A DNA stretch of 64,000 bases from Octopus sinensis (GCF_006345805.1 NC_042998.1:150350001-150414000); one strand, 5' to 3'. Shown: positions 12,348-25,560, numbered from the stretch's first letter. Numbers and translations are program-made. The notes: generated from the sequence alone by a model not told the origin.

Positions 12348-12975
12348 CGCGACACATCCACTTCCAAGTAAGTTTATCTTCACCTTTTTGATGCGACTCT
12401 CTACTCTCTACTGTTTTCTTCCGCCATCCTTCCCTATTCCTTTTTTCTCCCCTCCCTCCTTCACCGTTTTCTATCTGTTTCTTATTTTCTCTCGTTGCTC
12501 AGACGTGGCCATCATTCATCTTTCTTTTCCTCACGTGACCATCATTCTTTTCCTGCACGGACGTTCAAAAGAACGGACGTGTTTTTCTCCCTCTCTTCTA
12601 TCTTTTCTTTTTAAAAAAGATGTTTCTCCCAGCGTTCACTACTTTTCTCTCGTTCTGGTTTAACGACCCTCCGTGTTTGTTTTCGTTCGGTTTCGTGTAT
12701 GTCGCCACTGTCATGTTATTTTTTTCCAACTTTGACCGTCTATACCTCCTAAATATTATTTTAGAATTTATGGGAACAATTGTCTTTGAAGACTCGTCGC
12801 TGAATGATCGAATGAGGAGTAGATAGACAGCCGACAACTGATGAAGGATCCTTTCTCCGTATTTACTTGTCCTGTTTTTCATTTTTTTTTCTCCTTGTTT
12901 ACGTATTCAACTCGTTTGTTTACGTATTTCATGTTATTTGTACCGTTGGTGACGTCCTGTACCCATATATGCATG
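12348..12975 (+). repeat. ~630-bp pyrimidine-rich interspersed repeat family, copy 1
   Basis: Homologous in reverse orientation to 19640-19950 and 42945-43590 (shared ttccaagtaagtttatctt..., cacgtga...ggacgttc..., gtgacgtcctgtacccatatatgcatg). Confidence 0.8.
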
Positions 12976-13003
12976 TATATGTAAATATATATATATATAA
13001 AAA

Positions 13004-13159
13004 AAATAATTTCATTCTCAAACGTAGGATAATGCTAATAATATAGCATGAACAGGATATACTATCCATATTTTGCAGATTTTTCTGCAAAATATGGATA
13101 GTTTATCCTGTTCATGCTATATTATTAGCAGTCTCCTGCGTTTGAGGATAAAATTATTT
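13004..13159. repeat. Fold-back palindrome with ~75-bp arms and a 4-nt loop
   Basis: ...gcatgaacaggatatactatccatattttgcaga-tttt-tctgcaaaatatggatagtttatcctgttcatgc... Confidence 0.9.
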
Positions 13160-13218
13160 CCTTATCTTTCAATACTTCTCAACGCTTCTAAAGTAAAACT
13201 TTGTATACTTACATCGTT

Positions 13219-13369
<151 letters not shown>

Positions 13370-13789
13370 TACATATATTATATTGTATTATTTATTATTT
13401 ATTATATATATGTATATATATACATACACATATACAGACACACTCACACACACGCATGTGTATTCGTTCCTTAACTTTCTTTTCTCTTCCCTCCTTTCCA
13501 TTCCTTATCTTGTTTCTATTTTTTGGGCGAAGCATTCTACGTCCGAGACGTCAAAGATCCTTTTCCGTTTCAAGGCACGTCTTGTAGCGTGTAGGATGAA
13601 AAGTTCATAGGCAGGCTATGAAGGAGTGATGTTGGAGCTGTGAAATCCTGCATGCATTAATTTCAACGTTTCTTATTAATAATTGCATTGCTTCTTTTCA
13701 AATAAACTGATATCTGACCGTTCAAAGAAGTCTTCGAAAGTAACTAGTAGCAACTTCTCTTGAAAATCAACAAAATTTAGCATTGTGGT

Positions 13790-14640
13790 GTAATCATAAA
13801 TCTCCAGAGAAAGGGTTTAGCCCCCAACGACACTGATACTGACAAGATTACTACATTGGGAGATAACGCAACTGTTTTATCAACAGTGCACAGCTTGAAC
13901 TTAGGAGGAGAAGTGAGAGTCTTCAACATGATCCAAGGTTTGGGCGTTCTGCAACTGTCATCACCGAGGAAAACATTGATCGTGTTTATGCTTCCCACAT
14001 GCTGGTAGACGACAAGCAATTGAATATTCATCAAATAGCTAATACTATTCGCATATCCCGTAAGAGAGGTGAGACTATTTTGCACCATGAACTCGGTATG
14101 ACGAAGGTTTCTGCTCGGTGGGTGACACGTCTTTTGACACCTGATCAAAGCACCCCAAAGTGATCACATCACGGGAGAATCTGACATAGTTTGAGGCAGA
14201 TCCAGCTGGTTTCTTTGATCATTTCCTAACCAAGGATGAGTGTTGGCTTGATGACTTTAAGTCAGGGACAAAGATACAATCCATACAGTGGATTGCTCCA
14301 AAGAAGGCCAAGATCGTTTCATCTGCAGGGAAGGTGATGGTCTCAGTTTTTGGGGGATGCAAAAGGCATTGTGCTTATTAACTATCTTCAAAAGGGCCAC
14401 ACCATTGATGCCAACCTGCTGTGGCAGTTATGGAAATTATCAAGACCAAACGGCCAGAAATACAGAAGAAAGTTGTCTTGATATCATCAGGACAATGCTT
14501 TTGTGCCTATCTATGTGTATGTTTCTCTGTATCTGTGTATGTATGTATCTATGTAAGAACATGTACCCTGGCTTAAATTCCACCCTGTATCAGTTGAGAT
14601 TGTCGTAACTCGCCCAAGGTTTTTCTTCATACTCTCAAAA
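13790..14640 (+). mobile_element. Degenerate mariner transposase remnant
   Basis: Translates in pieces to HDPRFGRSATVITEENIDRV, LGMTKVSARWVTRLLTPDQ, DECW and SAGKVMVSVF. Confidence 0.85.
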
Positions 14641-15242
14641 TATTTATGCATTCATTATGTATGTGTGCGTGTGTGTTTGTGTGTCTGTGTGTGTCTGTGC
14701 GTGTGTGTGTGTGTGTGAGTGTGTGCGTGCGTGCATGCTTCTGTGTGTATTTGTCTGCGTGGGTGCGTGCATGCGTGAGTGTGTTTGTCTGTCTGCGTTT
14801 TGTGCGTGCGTGCGAGCGTGCGGATGTGTGCATGTGTGTGTGCGCGCGCAATCACACGCATGTGAAGAATATCAAAAACACCGCTCTCAATATTGAAAAT
14901 AATATGATCTAATTTATGAGAAGTTACATTTTTACCAACTCAGTACTCCGTGTTTCTCACTGGTGATTTTTGGACAAATATATAAAATGAAGCATGAAAA
15001 ACCTGTATAGAAATATCATGCAGCAAAATACCTGAGTATCATAAAGAACGCTGATTGGTTATCAATGTTATAGTTGTTTGAATAAGAGATTAAATAAAAC
15101 ATTTTGAATGTCTAAAATAGAAAAAAAAAGCTACTTAAAAGAGAAAAATTGATTTGAATTGAAAAAAAGAACGACTTAAAGCAATATAGCACATATAATA
15201 ATAGTTATATGTATATACTTATATTATTATTATTATTATTAT

Positions 15243-15798
15243 TGAGTGAGAGAGCAGTTCATGCCATCAAAGTGACACTGGGGTAAAATATACGAAGCCC
15301 AATATACCCATCATGACTACCCGTCTGATAAAGGTACACCAGGCACATGCATCACAACCATATGTGCGCGACATGGTGATCTTATATCAAGATAAACAGC
15401 ACATGACCTTGCAGGTGGGGCCCAGTTAGAATTTTCTTCAGGTTGAGTAGCCCATCCCGCTCAAAAGGTCCCTGAATAAGGGTTGTTTAAGGATGTTGAA
15501 AGAACCACCCATGTTTCCAGAGGTGAACTATTCAAACCCCAAAGAATCCCTCTCAACACATGGCTATGATGCTCCCCAACTACTTCTGCTCGTGATCAGA
15601 GATGCACATATCGTCAGCCACTAAGGGACATGCTCAACTGGTTAAGGTCAAACAACTGACAAGCAAATCTGTGGTATTGAGCAGAATATTTGCTGTAGCC
15701 CATCTTTTATACCAAGACAAAACAATGTACATGATAACACTTCCAATCAGTTAAGATCAGAAGCCATGAGAGCCACTGCCTGGTACTGCATCAGGGCA
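15243..15798 (-). mobile_element. ~555-bp retroposed non-coding element with an (AAT)n 3' tail (SINE- or LINE-end-like)
   Basis: Discrete higher-GC block embedded in (ATT)n; the minus-strand end runs into (AAT)n; no ORF. Confidence 0.45.
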
Positions 15799-15810
15799 GT
15801 ATTATTATTA

Positions 15811-15859
<49 letters not shown>

Positions 15860-15946
15860 CATCATCGTCATAGTTAAATCGTATGGTATAGGCCTGATAG
15901 TTTACAAGTAAAGCGCGTTCACTTTTTCAGTGTCCGTTCATTATTT

Positions 15947-16042
<96 letters not shown>

Positions 16043-17289
16043 CCTCTATGAATGGATATCGAATGCTTTAAACACATACAAAATATTTCCACACATCCCA
16101 GACGTTCTCTGATGTACTATGACAAAGCGGTAAATACTTCTTTCTATTAACCACTGCAATGGAGTCATGCAATCTCGTAAAGTCAAAGGTGACTCCCCCT
16201 CTCTACTCTTGTTCTATACTGGATTGTTTCCCATTTTCATACGATTGGAACAATATATTGTATGAATATAAACCTAGTGACTACATCAACAGCAATTGTC
16301 TGATCAACCATTTCTTTTTTTTATGAACGATTTAAAGTTGTATGCTAAGAATGAGCAAGAATTAGAACTTTTATGAAGAGTAATGTAGTTCGATAATGAT
16401 ATTGGTATGGACTTGGGTCCGATAAATGTGCAAATGCAACTTTAAAAAGAGGGAAACTGATACATCCATTCAATTTGACCAATAGAAAACCATAAAAGAA
16501 CTCGCTCCAGACGGAACCTATAAGTACTTTGGCGTTGATGAGTGAGCGTGATGGTATTCAACACATACAAATTAAGGGGACTCGAAAGAAGTAGTACAGA
16601 AGAGTAAGACTGGTTCTGAAAACTGAATTGAAATCCAAGAAATGCAGAGAAGCTATTAACACCTTAGTAGTATTTGGTATACAAAATGGATTCAATTTCA
16701 TCAACTAGAACCAAGCTGAGCTACAAAGAATGGTTACAAAAACCAGAAAGCTCCTATCATAAAATACATAGTTGAAGGATTTAATAACTTGAAAGGTGGC
16801 AGCAGAAATTTTTCTATGACCAATACCCACTCCGTGCTCAGGACGCTGATAAAAACCAATCAAAATCCCATCAGTGGTTATGGAGCTCAGGATTGAAGTC
16901 AGAAACAGAAGGATTCAGTCTTGCTGCCTAGGACTAGATTTTATTCCCAATAAATATCGAACTAACGTCCTCAAAAATAGGAGCAGTCCCTAAATGCAGA
17001 GTCTGTAATGGTCACGGCGAAACAATTGACCATATAGTAGCTGGATACCCAGCCCTGGCTCCAACAGAATATGAAGCTAGACACGACAAAACTGGCCAAT
17101 ATATTAAGTAGACTTTATACAAAAACCTCGATTCCAAGCATGCGAGAAGTAAGTATGAACACTAAACTAAACCAGTAGTTGAAAGTAGCAGCGCTAACAT
17201 CCTGTAAGACATTACTGATCATGGAATTAATGACCACACCCCAGATATTATCGTTAAAGACACCAAGACTAACCTACTTACACATGAAT

Positions 17290-17514
17290 TTTATCTTTTA
17301 TCATTATCTTTAGTTGCTTCAATCATTAGATTGCGGACATACTGGGGCACGGCCTTGTAGAATTTTAGTCGACCCCAGTACTTACTTTCTTAAGCCTGGT
17401 ACTTATTCTATCGGTCTCTTTTGCCTAAGTTATGGTGACGTAAACACACCAACACTGGTTATCAACAAGTAGTGGGGACGAAGACACAACTAATATATAT
17501 ATATGTGTGTGTGT

Positions 17515-17557
<43 letters not shown>

Positions 17558-17715
17558 TGTGACGGGCTTCTTTCATTTTCCGTCTACTAAATCCACTCAC
17601 AAAGTTTTGGTGGCCAGAGATTATAGTGGGAGACACTTGTCCAAGATGCCATGCAATGGGATTGAAACCGGAAACATGTATTTGTGAAGTACACTTATTA
17701 CACAGCCGCGCCTAC
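17290..17715 (-). mobile_element. tRNA-derived SINE (head + microsatellite + tail)
   Basis: Reverse complement of the 29257-29630 family. Confidence 0.85.
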
Positions 17716-17881
17716 GCCTACGCCTATACCAACTGAAAAAATACACCAGCCAAAGAATATGACACACTTGCCATGTATAAAAATCGTGAAATTTAAATAA
17801 GAAGGATGGGGCACTGGAAGATTGAAACTATATCAGTTGTGATTGGAACACTAGGAGTTCTAAAAATATTTTTTTTAAAAC

Positions 17882-18045
17882 TCAGTCGCTGTGTGGTAAG
17901 AAGCTTGCTTCCCAACCACATAGTTCCAGGTTCAGTCCTACTGCGTGACACCTTGGGGCAAGTATTTTCTACTATCGCCTGGAGCCGACCAAAACCTTGA
18001 GTGAATTTGGTAGACGGAAACTGACAGAAGCCTGTCGTATATATA
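17882..18045 (+). mobile_element. tRNA-derived SINE head
   Basis: A-box-like gctgtgtggtaag, B-box-like ggttcagtcc, and ggtagacggaaactgacagaagcc. Confidence 0.85.
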
Positions 18046-18130
18046 TATAAGTTGTGAAAAATTATTACCCTTGTATGGTATTTATTCACATTCTGGCCAC
18101 TTGATAATATCCTTATTTATAAATATATAT

Positions 18131-19000
18131 ATACAAATATGAGAGAGAATCCACTATGTGGACGCTCTTTCGCTAGATATAGATCCGCAAAGGGACTGAA
18201 CCTCTAAGAATTGTTCTCGAGAAAAATTTAGCACACTAAGAACGTAAGCGAGCAGGACAAATGAAAAATAACAAAAATATAGATTAACCCCATACAATTG
18301 TTTCACTGTAAATAAATTATGCAATTTTACTTATATAATTATCCTCAGATCATCGGTAGAGTACGTCATAAAATATAATTTGTCGAACTGCACGCTATAT
18401 ATTAACACGAGGAAAAAAGACATGAACAGTTTGGCCTATTATATTCACAGTTACATTCAAATGCCCTCGTTCTAGCGCGCCAAATTTCCGGAAATAAATG
18501 CTGCATGAGTAATCCACTGCAGTAGTTTACGCCGGTTTGAGAACATATTAATTTATGATTAAAGTCAAAATGAGGGTGAAAAGATTTGATATTAATTTAA
18601 TAACATCAATTTAAACACCAGTGGCCTAGCGCATAAAAGACTGAGATTCAGTAAATATTATTAATACACAAATATGAGAGGGAATCCACTATGTGGACGT
18701 TCTTTCGCTAGATATAGATCCGCAAAGGGACTGAACCACTAAGAATTGTTCTCGAGAAAAATTTAGCACACTAAGAACGTAAGCGAGCAGGACAAATGAA
18801 AAATAACAAAAATATAGATTAACCCCATACAGTTGTTTCACTGTTAATAAATTATGCAATTTTACTTACATAATTATCCTCAGATCATCGGTAGAGTACG
18901 TCATAAAATATAATTTATTGAACTGCACGCTATATATTAACACGAGATCAAAGACACGAACAGTTCGGCCTATTATATTCACAGTTACATTCAAATGCCC
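18131..19000. repeat. Two ~335-bp high-identity direct repeats separated by ~200 bp
   Basis: 18131-18466 vs 18668-19000 (acaaatatgagag...cagttacattcaaatgccc). Confidence 0.92.
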
Positions 19001-19005
19001 CTTTA

Positions 19006-19075
<70 letters not shown>

Positions 19076-19639
19076 TAGCAACAGGATATCAGATAGTGAT
19101 GTAGTACGACCGTTTCAAGCGGCTCCATTTAATTGAACAATGCAGTCATTACATTCATTACATCAATTCAAAGGCCATGCCATCTCCAACTGCACAAATA
19201 AATAAATAGAATTTTAACCAGTAGGACGCATTAATATAATTTTTCTCAAATATTTTAACAGAGAAAGAAGATGGAAGATATTCATGTTGTCGCTTAAGAA
19301 TAGACTACACTTCCAAGAATCGCGTGAAGCCTACTTAGGGTCATAGTGCTGTAAGGGATTGTAATTCATTTCTAACTCATTTATCTCTTTATCAACTACT
19401 AAATCTAAGACTTGAAGATTTTGTCTGTTTTGAATAAAGGACAAGAGTGAGTTGACAGCTCATGGCTAGGTATGGTCATAAATATTATCATATGTATCCC
19501 TTTCCCTCAGGGAAAGAAGACAGTAGGAGTAGTCAAATGTATATAAGTAACTGTCCATAAAAAGAGCCTCTTTTTATCGACAGTTACTTATATCTAGTTA
19601 TGACAGTAAAGACATACAAGGAAACCGGACGAAAACAAA

Positions 19640-19950
19640 CATGGAGTGTCGTTAGACCAGAACGAGAGGAAAATAGTGAACACTGAGAGAAACATTTCTT
19701 GAAAAGAGAAAAGATAGAAGAGGAAGAAAAAAAAACACGTCCGTTCTTTCTAACGTCCGTGCAGGAAAAGAAAGATGGACGATGGTCAGCTGTGAGCCAC
19801 GAGAGAAAGAGAGAGAGAGAAAAAAGAGAAAGAGGGTGATAGAGAGACTGATTGAAACGGTGAAGGAGGGGAGAGAAAAGGGAATTAGAGAAAGATGGAG
19901 GAAAAGCACAGTATAGAGAAGAGAGTTGCATCAAAAGGTGAAGATAAACT
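19640..19950 (-). repeat. Partial copy 2 of the 12348-12975 repeat family
   Basis: Reverse-complement similarity, including ...gaagataaacttacttggaaa. Confidence 0.75.
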
Positions 19951-20770
19951 TACTTGGAAAACCTAATACACGAAATGCAAAACAATTGTACTAAACACCA
20001 CATAGAACAGCTGACAGTCTACCTGAGTTCTTGTCCTTGTAATCTATATTCTCAAAATATTTTATATCTTTTTTTATATTTTATAGAACCCAGCAAGACC
20101 GGAAGTTGTGTTGAATAATAGCATTACACTATAATACCTGCCCTAGGTGACTGGCTGTCGCTCGGCAAATATTTGTTATCCAGTCGATATCAAAGGAAAC
20201 CTAAACAATAATAACAGCAATTTTATTATAAAGTCATGACGGCAAACCAAAATTAGCTTCCGGAAATACCACAGCTGAAGACAGGTGAAGCTTGATCATG
20301 CGTAGCCTTTGACGAATTCTCTGAATGGTTATAAGAATCCCCTGATAACAATGCTATAATGGTTTTACAATAATTTAGCTGAACTGGAATAATTTACGTA
20401 GTTGTGTGCCACTGACTCAACATAATAGCCAAACTAGTGTGGGTGGTCATCTAATACAAGTCAAGAATGGGAGGAATACCAAAAACATTAAAACACAAAA
20501 TGGTCTGGTGAGACTTAACAGAATTTATTCTCAGAAATATAATACAAACAATTCTAAGCATAAAGTATTCTACGGCGCAACTTTCCTGCCAATTAGTGAT
20601 AGCTGTTCTATGTTAAAGCTAACTGGCTCAAAAATTCCTTCTCCCATATCCCACTTGAATTTTTTTTAAATAAGCTCAAAAGAATCGCGTCCCATTATGA
20701 ATGGACAAAATTAACACACACACACAAACGTGTATGTATGTATACGTATATGTATGTATGCATATGCGTG

Positions 20771-20811
<41 letters not shown>

Positions 20812-21139
20812 AACAAATCTTCGCCTCTAGAGGATGTATCATAATTACCAAATGACACTTGAGAAATGGAGATAACATTCAGAATCAAGAGTTCTCTAAA
20901 ACTGACTTGACATTAACGAAAGGGACGAGATTATTGCCTGAAGATAAGAGAACAGTCATGGACCCGTGTTTCTCGCTCAATAGCTGTCATCAGTACAATT
21001 GTTCGACACTATCTCCAGTAAGAAAGTGACTTAGACATATGCAAAATTAAAGTCGAAGAGCCTTGGTAATTTCCATAAATTTACCATAATTTACAAAAAA
21101 AGAAAAAAAAAAGAGAAACTCAAATGAATTCATTAATTT

Positions 21140-21291
21140 CGTGGCTGTGTGGTAAGAACATTGCTTCACAACCACGTTGTTCGGAGTTCAGTCCTACCGC
21201 GTAACATCTTGGGCAAGTGCCTTCTACTATAGCCTTGGGCCAACTAAAGCCTTGTCAGTGGATTTCGTAGACGTAAACTGAAAGAAGCCCG

Positions 21292-21329
<38 letters not shown>

Positions 21330-21495
21330 GGGCGTGTGTGTGTGTGCGTGGTGTCGACAAGTGGTGTTGGTGTGTTTAATTCCCATAAGAGCCCGATACA
21401 ATAAGTACCATGCTTTTAAAAATATAAGAACTGGGTCGATTCATTCGACTGTCCCAGCATGGCCGTTGTGTAATAACTGAAATAAGTAAGAGAAA
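21140..21495 (+). mobile_element. tRNA-derived SINE
   Basis: gtggctgtgtggtaag head, (TG)n spacer, and tail with aataagtacc...ggtcgatt...cagcatggcc. Confidence 0.85.
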
Positions 21496-22539
21496 AGAGG
21501 TAAGAAAATTAAAACTTCATTACAAGATTATTGATGTCGCATTCTAAAGTAACCCCACCCACACCAAAATATTGCCACATCACCTTGAGAAAATACTTTA
21601 AAGTCAGCTTACTGAGACATCAAACCAGTTGGCGTATGGTAACAACCTTACTCACCGTTTTCTTCTCCTGTGACTCCTCCTTTGAATCCCACTAGCCAAA
21701 CCCCACTACCACACTGAGCTCAACCCTTCCTCCCAGAACCTAGATGTTTCTCCTCGCTCTCTTCCCCCCACACAGCTTAGGTATATACGAGCTTTGCATG
21801 ACTTAGGGGTATACGAGCTTTGCATGACTGCATCAGTCTCCCTAATTTGTCAAGGATTAGGTAAGTCACAGACTTCGCTCAATCCCCTTGAGTAATCTCT
21901 GAGAGTGAAAGAAGTAAATCCAACGGGTATTTAGGGATAATCCTAATACACGATACGTGATTTTAATGACGATAGCTATACGAGAATTTTAAAAATAATA
22001 GCTGCATACTCCGAGACATTTCTATTGAAACGACTCGATACAACAGCTGTATAGTCAGTTTGTACGAGTTTGTGATGCAAGTATGACCTACGAAACAACA
22101 GCAGTACCATACATTTCACCACCGAATAATCAATTTGATGAAAAAGACACTAGAAATTTGATACACAATCTACTGTTAACGCTCAAATATTAATTAGTCA
22201 ATAGGAAAATTAAATTACGGATAATTAGAGTTTGAAAACTTTGTCTGAATCAAAAACAATATGACATCATACGCAAAACACAGAAAAATTTATCTGAATA
22301 TCGGTCGGTTTGATTGTGCAATTAATTCAGTTAGACGAGGCATCATGGGTGATGTATAGTGTATTTAGTATATTCATACATACATACATACATACATACA
22401 TACATACATACATACATACATACATACATACATACATACATACGACATATATATCATGCGTGTATGTACGTAGGTAAATAATGCATATACACACACATAT
22501 ATAATGTGTGTATGTGCATATATATATGTGACCCCGTGT

Positions 22540-22732
22540 GTACCGTTGGCGATTTTTTTTCCTCTGTCTTCCCTTCTCGGGATCTTTCCTTCTCCTATGT
22601 TTCCGACGAAGAGTTCCGCTCGAAACGTTAAACCCTCCTTCTTCCCTTCTTTCCTGAGCGTCCAATAATACTACATTTGTTCCATGTCCTCGCGTTGCTG
22701 TGTTTTTTGTGTTTTCTTGTTTGGATTAACTT

Positions 22733-22735
<3 letters not shown>
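22540..22735 (+). mobile_element. PLE pseudo-LTR-like repeat carrying a minimal hammerhead-like motif (22599-22633)
   Basis: gttt-CCGACGA-a-gag-ttccg-ctc-GAAACGTT-aaac; stem I gttt/aaac pairs. Confidence 0.55.
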
Positions 22736-22767
<32 letters not shown>

Positions 22768-22768
22768 G

Positions 22769-22890
<122 letters not shown>

Positions 22891-23040
22891 TTAAAGCTAC
22901 ACACACACGCACACACGAACACATACACACACAGTCACACACAGAAACACACAATGACGTGTGTAGCTAAATATACAATTGTAATGCCATGTCTGTTGCA
23001 TACGCATACACACACACACACACACATATTAGTGCGTGTG

Positions 23041-23075
<35 letters not shown>

Positions 23076-24646
23076 ATAGACACTTATGTATTATACACAC
23101 ACATATTTGTATAGTTGTGTGCATGTGCGTGTGTTTGCATGCGTATAGATTTCATTGTGTATATTTTCTAAAGAGCCTAGCAGCATTAGTTCCGACAAAA
23201 GATCCCGCTGGCTGGGAACACCTGGACCGGATGTCTAGTTTAGTTACACCCACCCCATTACGGTCGAGTCTTCAGAGGCCAAAGCGGCCTCCAACAGTTC
23301 TGTAATGTATGCTACACAGCCTGTCAATCTCTCTCTCTTTCTTTCTCTCTCTCTCTCTCTATCTCTCTCTATATCTGTCTCCCTCTCGCTATCTATGTAT
23401 CTATCTATCTATCTATCTATCTACCTATCTATCTCTGTCCAACTGCTTGCTTGTCTGTCTATCTATCGATTGATTTCTTTAGGGTGGTGTTGGTGGTTAT
23501 AGAGACGGTGTGGTGATGTTTATTGGCGTTGGTGAGGTTGGTTATTGAGAACATTTGGTGAAGTGGAGAAATTTAAGTTGTAATAACAGGGTACTGTTGA
23601 TGGTGTTGATGTTACAGTTGTGGTTGTTGGTGTTGGCAGTGGTGATAGCGGCGGCGGTGTTGATGTTGTTGTTGTTAGTGTTGTTGATGTTGTCATAGTG
23701 AATTTCGTAAACGGTCGGCTACCATGGAATTTCTTTTTTTAAACTTTTTTTATTTGCATTTCAAATAAGCATTGTATATGCTACAACGTAACGTAGGAGA
23801 TGTGTTAGTAAAGTTTGCGGCGGCGGCGATGGTGATGGTGGTGGTGGTGGCAGCGGTGGCTTGTGGGGTTGGTATAACTATGTCTGTGAGGGGGGAAACA
23901 TATTGTCACAAGGTGGGGCATTTATTGCAGGGTGGTGTTTGCTAGAAATAGGGCAAGACTCTAGTGATGGTGGTGGTGGTGTCGGTAGCGGTTGTGTGTG
24001 GGGTGGTGGGGAGTAAGTGACAGATTGCTTGATGGCGATGTGAAAAGATAGATTTCAAGTGGTTATTGATTGGTGATATTGGCTGCGAGCACGGGTGGGA
24101 TAGGGGTACTTGATTGTTTGTAATAGAGGCGTAATACCCCATTACATTTATTAATATTTATATTATTATTTTACTTTAGGTGGTCGTCCAGACTTGAGAG
24201 CTGGTAGGTGCGCAGGTTGTGGACATATAAGGGTATGTGAATAGTATATTTCGGGGTGGTAGATGAGAAAAAAATAATAATAAAGACAAGAAACCAGTTA
24301 GCTGTTTAAACTTGCTACGGCGAGGATAAGAGATACACCAGTTTCACACAGAACAACACGTACACAACCGAGATATGAACACGCTGTATTTTAATGCATC
24401 TTTGTGTGCGTGTGCATCTGTATGAGAGCGGTAAATGTTTTTTTAATTTTCTCCTGTTTACGGAATTGATTTTTATTTGCGGTTGAAGCTTTGGCTGTTA
24501 TTTCTAGTGGGTGAATGGCCTATTATGGCCGTTCCTTGATTGTTGATGTTGAACTTAAAAATGGTCTATGACTATTTAATTTTTTCCCACTAGGCCGCTG
24601 GTGGCAAAAAAAATTCTACAAAATTTTTTTTGCCACCCTATATTGA

Positions 24647-24721
<75 letters not shown>

Positions 24722-24731
<10 letters not shown>

Positions 24732-25560
24732 TAGCAGAAAGAACGTCTTTCGGGTGGTTTTCTGCTAGCCACTTGATAATATTTTAACATTTGATTCTCA
24801 ATTCTAATAATTTTTATAATATTTTGCATCTAATTATTTTTTTGTATAATAGTGCTCACTTGCTTAGTTAATATTGCTTTCATTATTTTATCACAGTCAT
24901 AATCTCTCTTTTTTAAATAAACATGAAGGTATAGTAGTCCAACTACGGAGGAGGAAACAGTTTGTCAAGTTTTACCTTCCCCTCAAAGCAACATAGACAT
25001 TCTAATTCAGCAGTCCATCTGCAAGCTTTGCAGTATGAACAAACATTATCAAAGAGACTCCCTCAATTATGTGACTGTACAATAGAGAGGACAGCCTGTT
25101 CTTGAAAATTATCGAAACTGGTTTTCATTGCTAATCCTTTAGCAGAATTCTTCCTTGTGTGAAAATTTCGTCGTCTGTACTCCGGCTGTAAATATTGGGT
25201 TTCCTCTCTGAGCACTCTGTTTGTTGGCACTGGTGTTTCTCTTTGTATCTTACTGAAGTTTGGAAGGCTTCCCATTTGATACTGATTATCAATAGGCAGC
25301 TGAACAGTCACAGACGGTGAAGAGTGACTCAGTGTCTTATTTTGAAGTAGAATATTCTTCTTACGAGATACTCTAACCAGTCGGTCATGTGTAACGAAAA
25401 CAGAATCATCTCTGCATTTATGTGCATATTCAGACATTTGTTTCAGTCGCTTTTCCCTGGTTTTATCTGATTCAGTTGCCCGTCTTTCTCTCTGCCGTCG
25501 TGCCCTTACTGCTAAATGTTCTTTTTCAGCCGGATACTATTTTTTTGGACGCCTCATGTT
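24722..25560 (-). mobile_element. Helitron fragment: N-terminal zinc-finger-like region of Rep plus a putative 3' CTAG end
   Basis: Minus strand ~25050-24940 reads CSYCKACRWTAELECLCCFEGKVKLDKLFPPP, the typical Helitron CxxCxAxxWxxE..CCxxGKVxL motif. Hairpin ctagcagaaa/tttctgctag ends in CTAGT next to (TA)n. Confidence 0.7.

Larger units (their letters stand above)
16250..18100 (+). mobile_element. R4/Dong-like RLE non-LTR retrotransposon, decayed 3' half, interrupted by SINEs
   Basis: DIGMD.G.DKCA.A.LKRGK, TYKY.GVDE, YRRVRLVLKTEL, SGLKSETEGF, CRVC...ETIDHIVAG (CCHC knuckle), HTPDIIVKD (PD-D/ExK), RMGHWKIETISVVIGTLG. Confidence 0.85.

Noticed and set aside
12800-12860. CTGATGA in the 630-bp repeat family (also at 43070) as a hammerhead
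   Set aside because: No correctly placed GAAA or stem III in either copy.
18131-19000. CRISPR-like array
   Set aside because: Only two long repeats in a eukaryotic context; no repeat-spacer periodicity anywhere in the window.
23500-24150. Thr/Pro-rich coding exon on the minus strand
   Set aside because: Degenerate (GGT/GTT)n low-complexity sequence with stops and no splice support.
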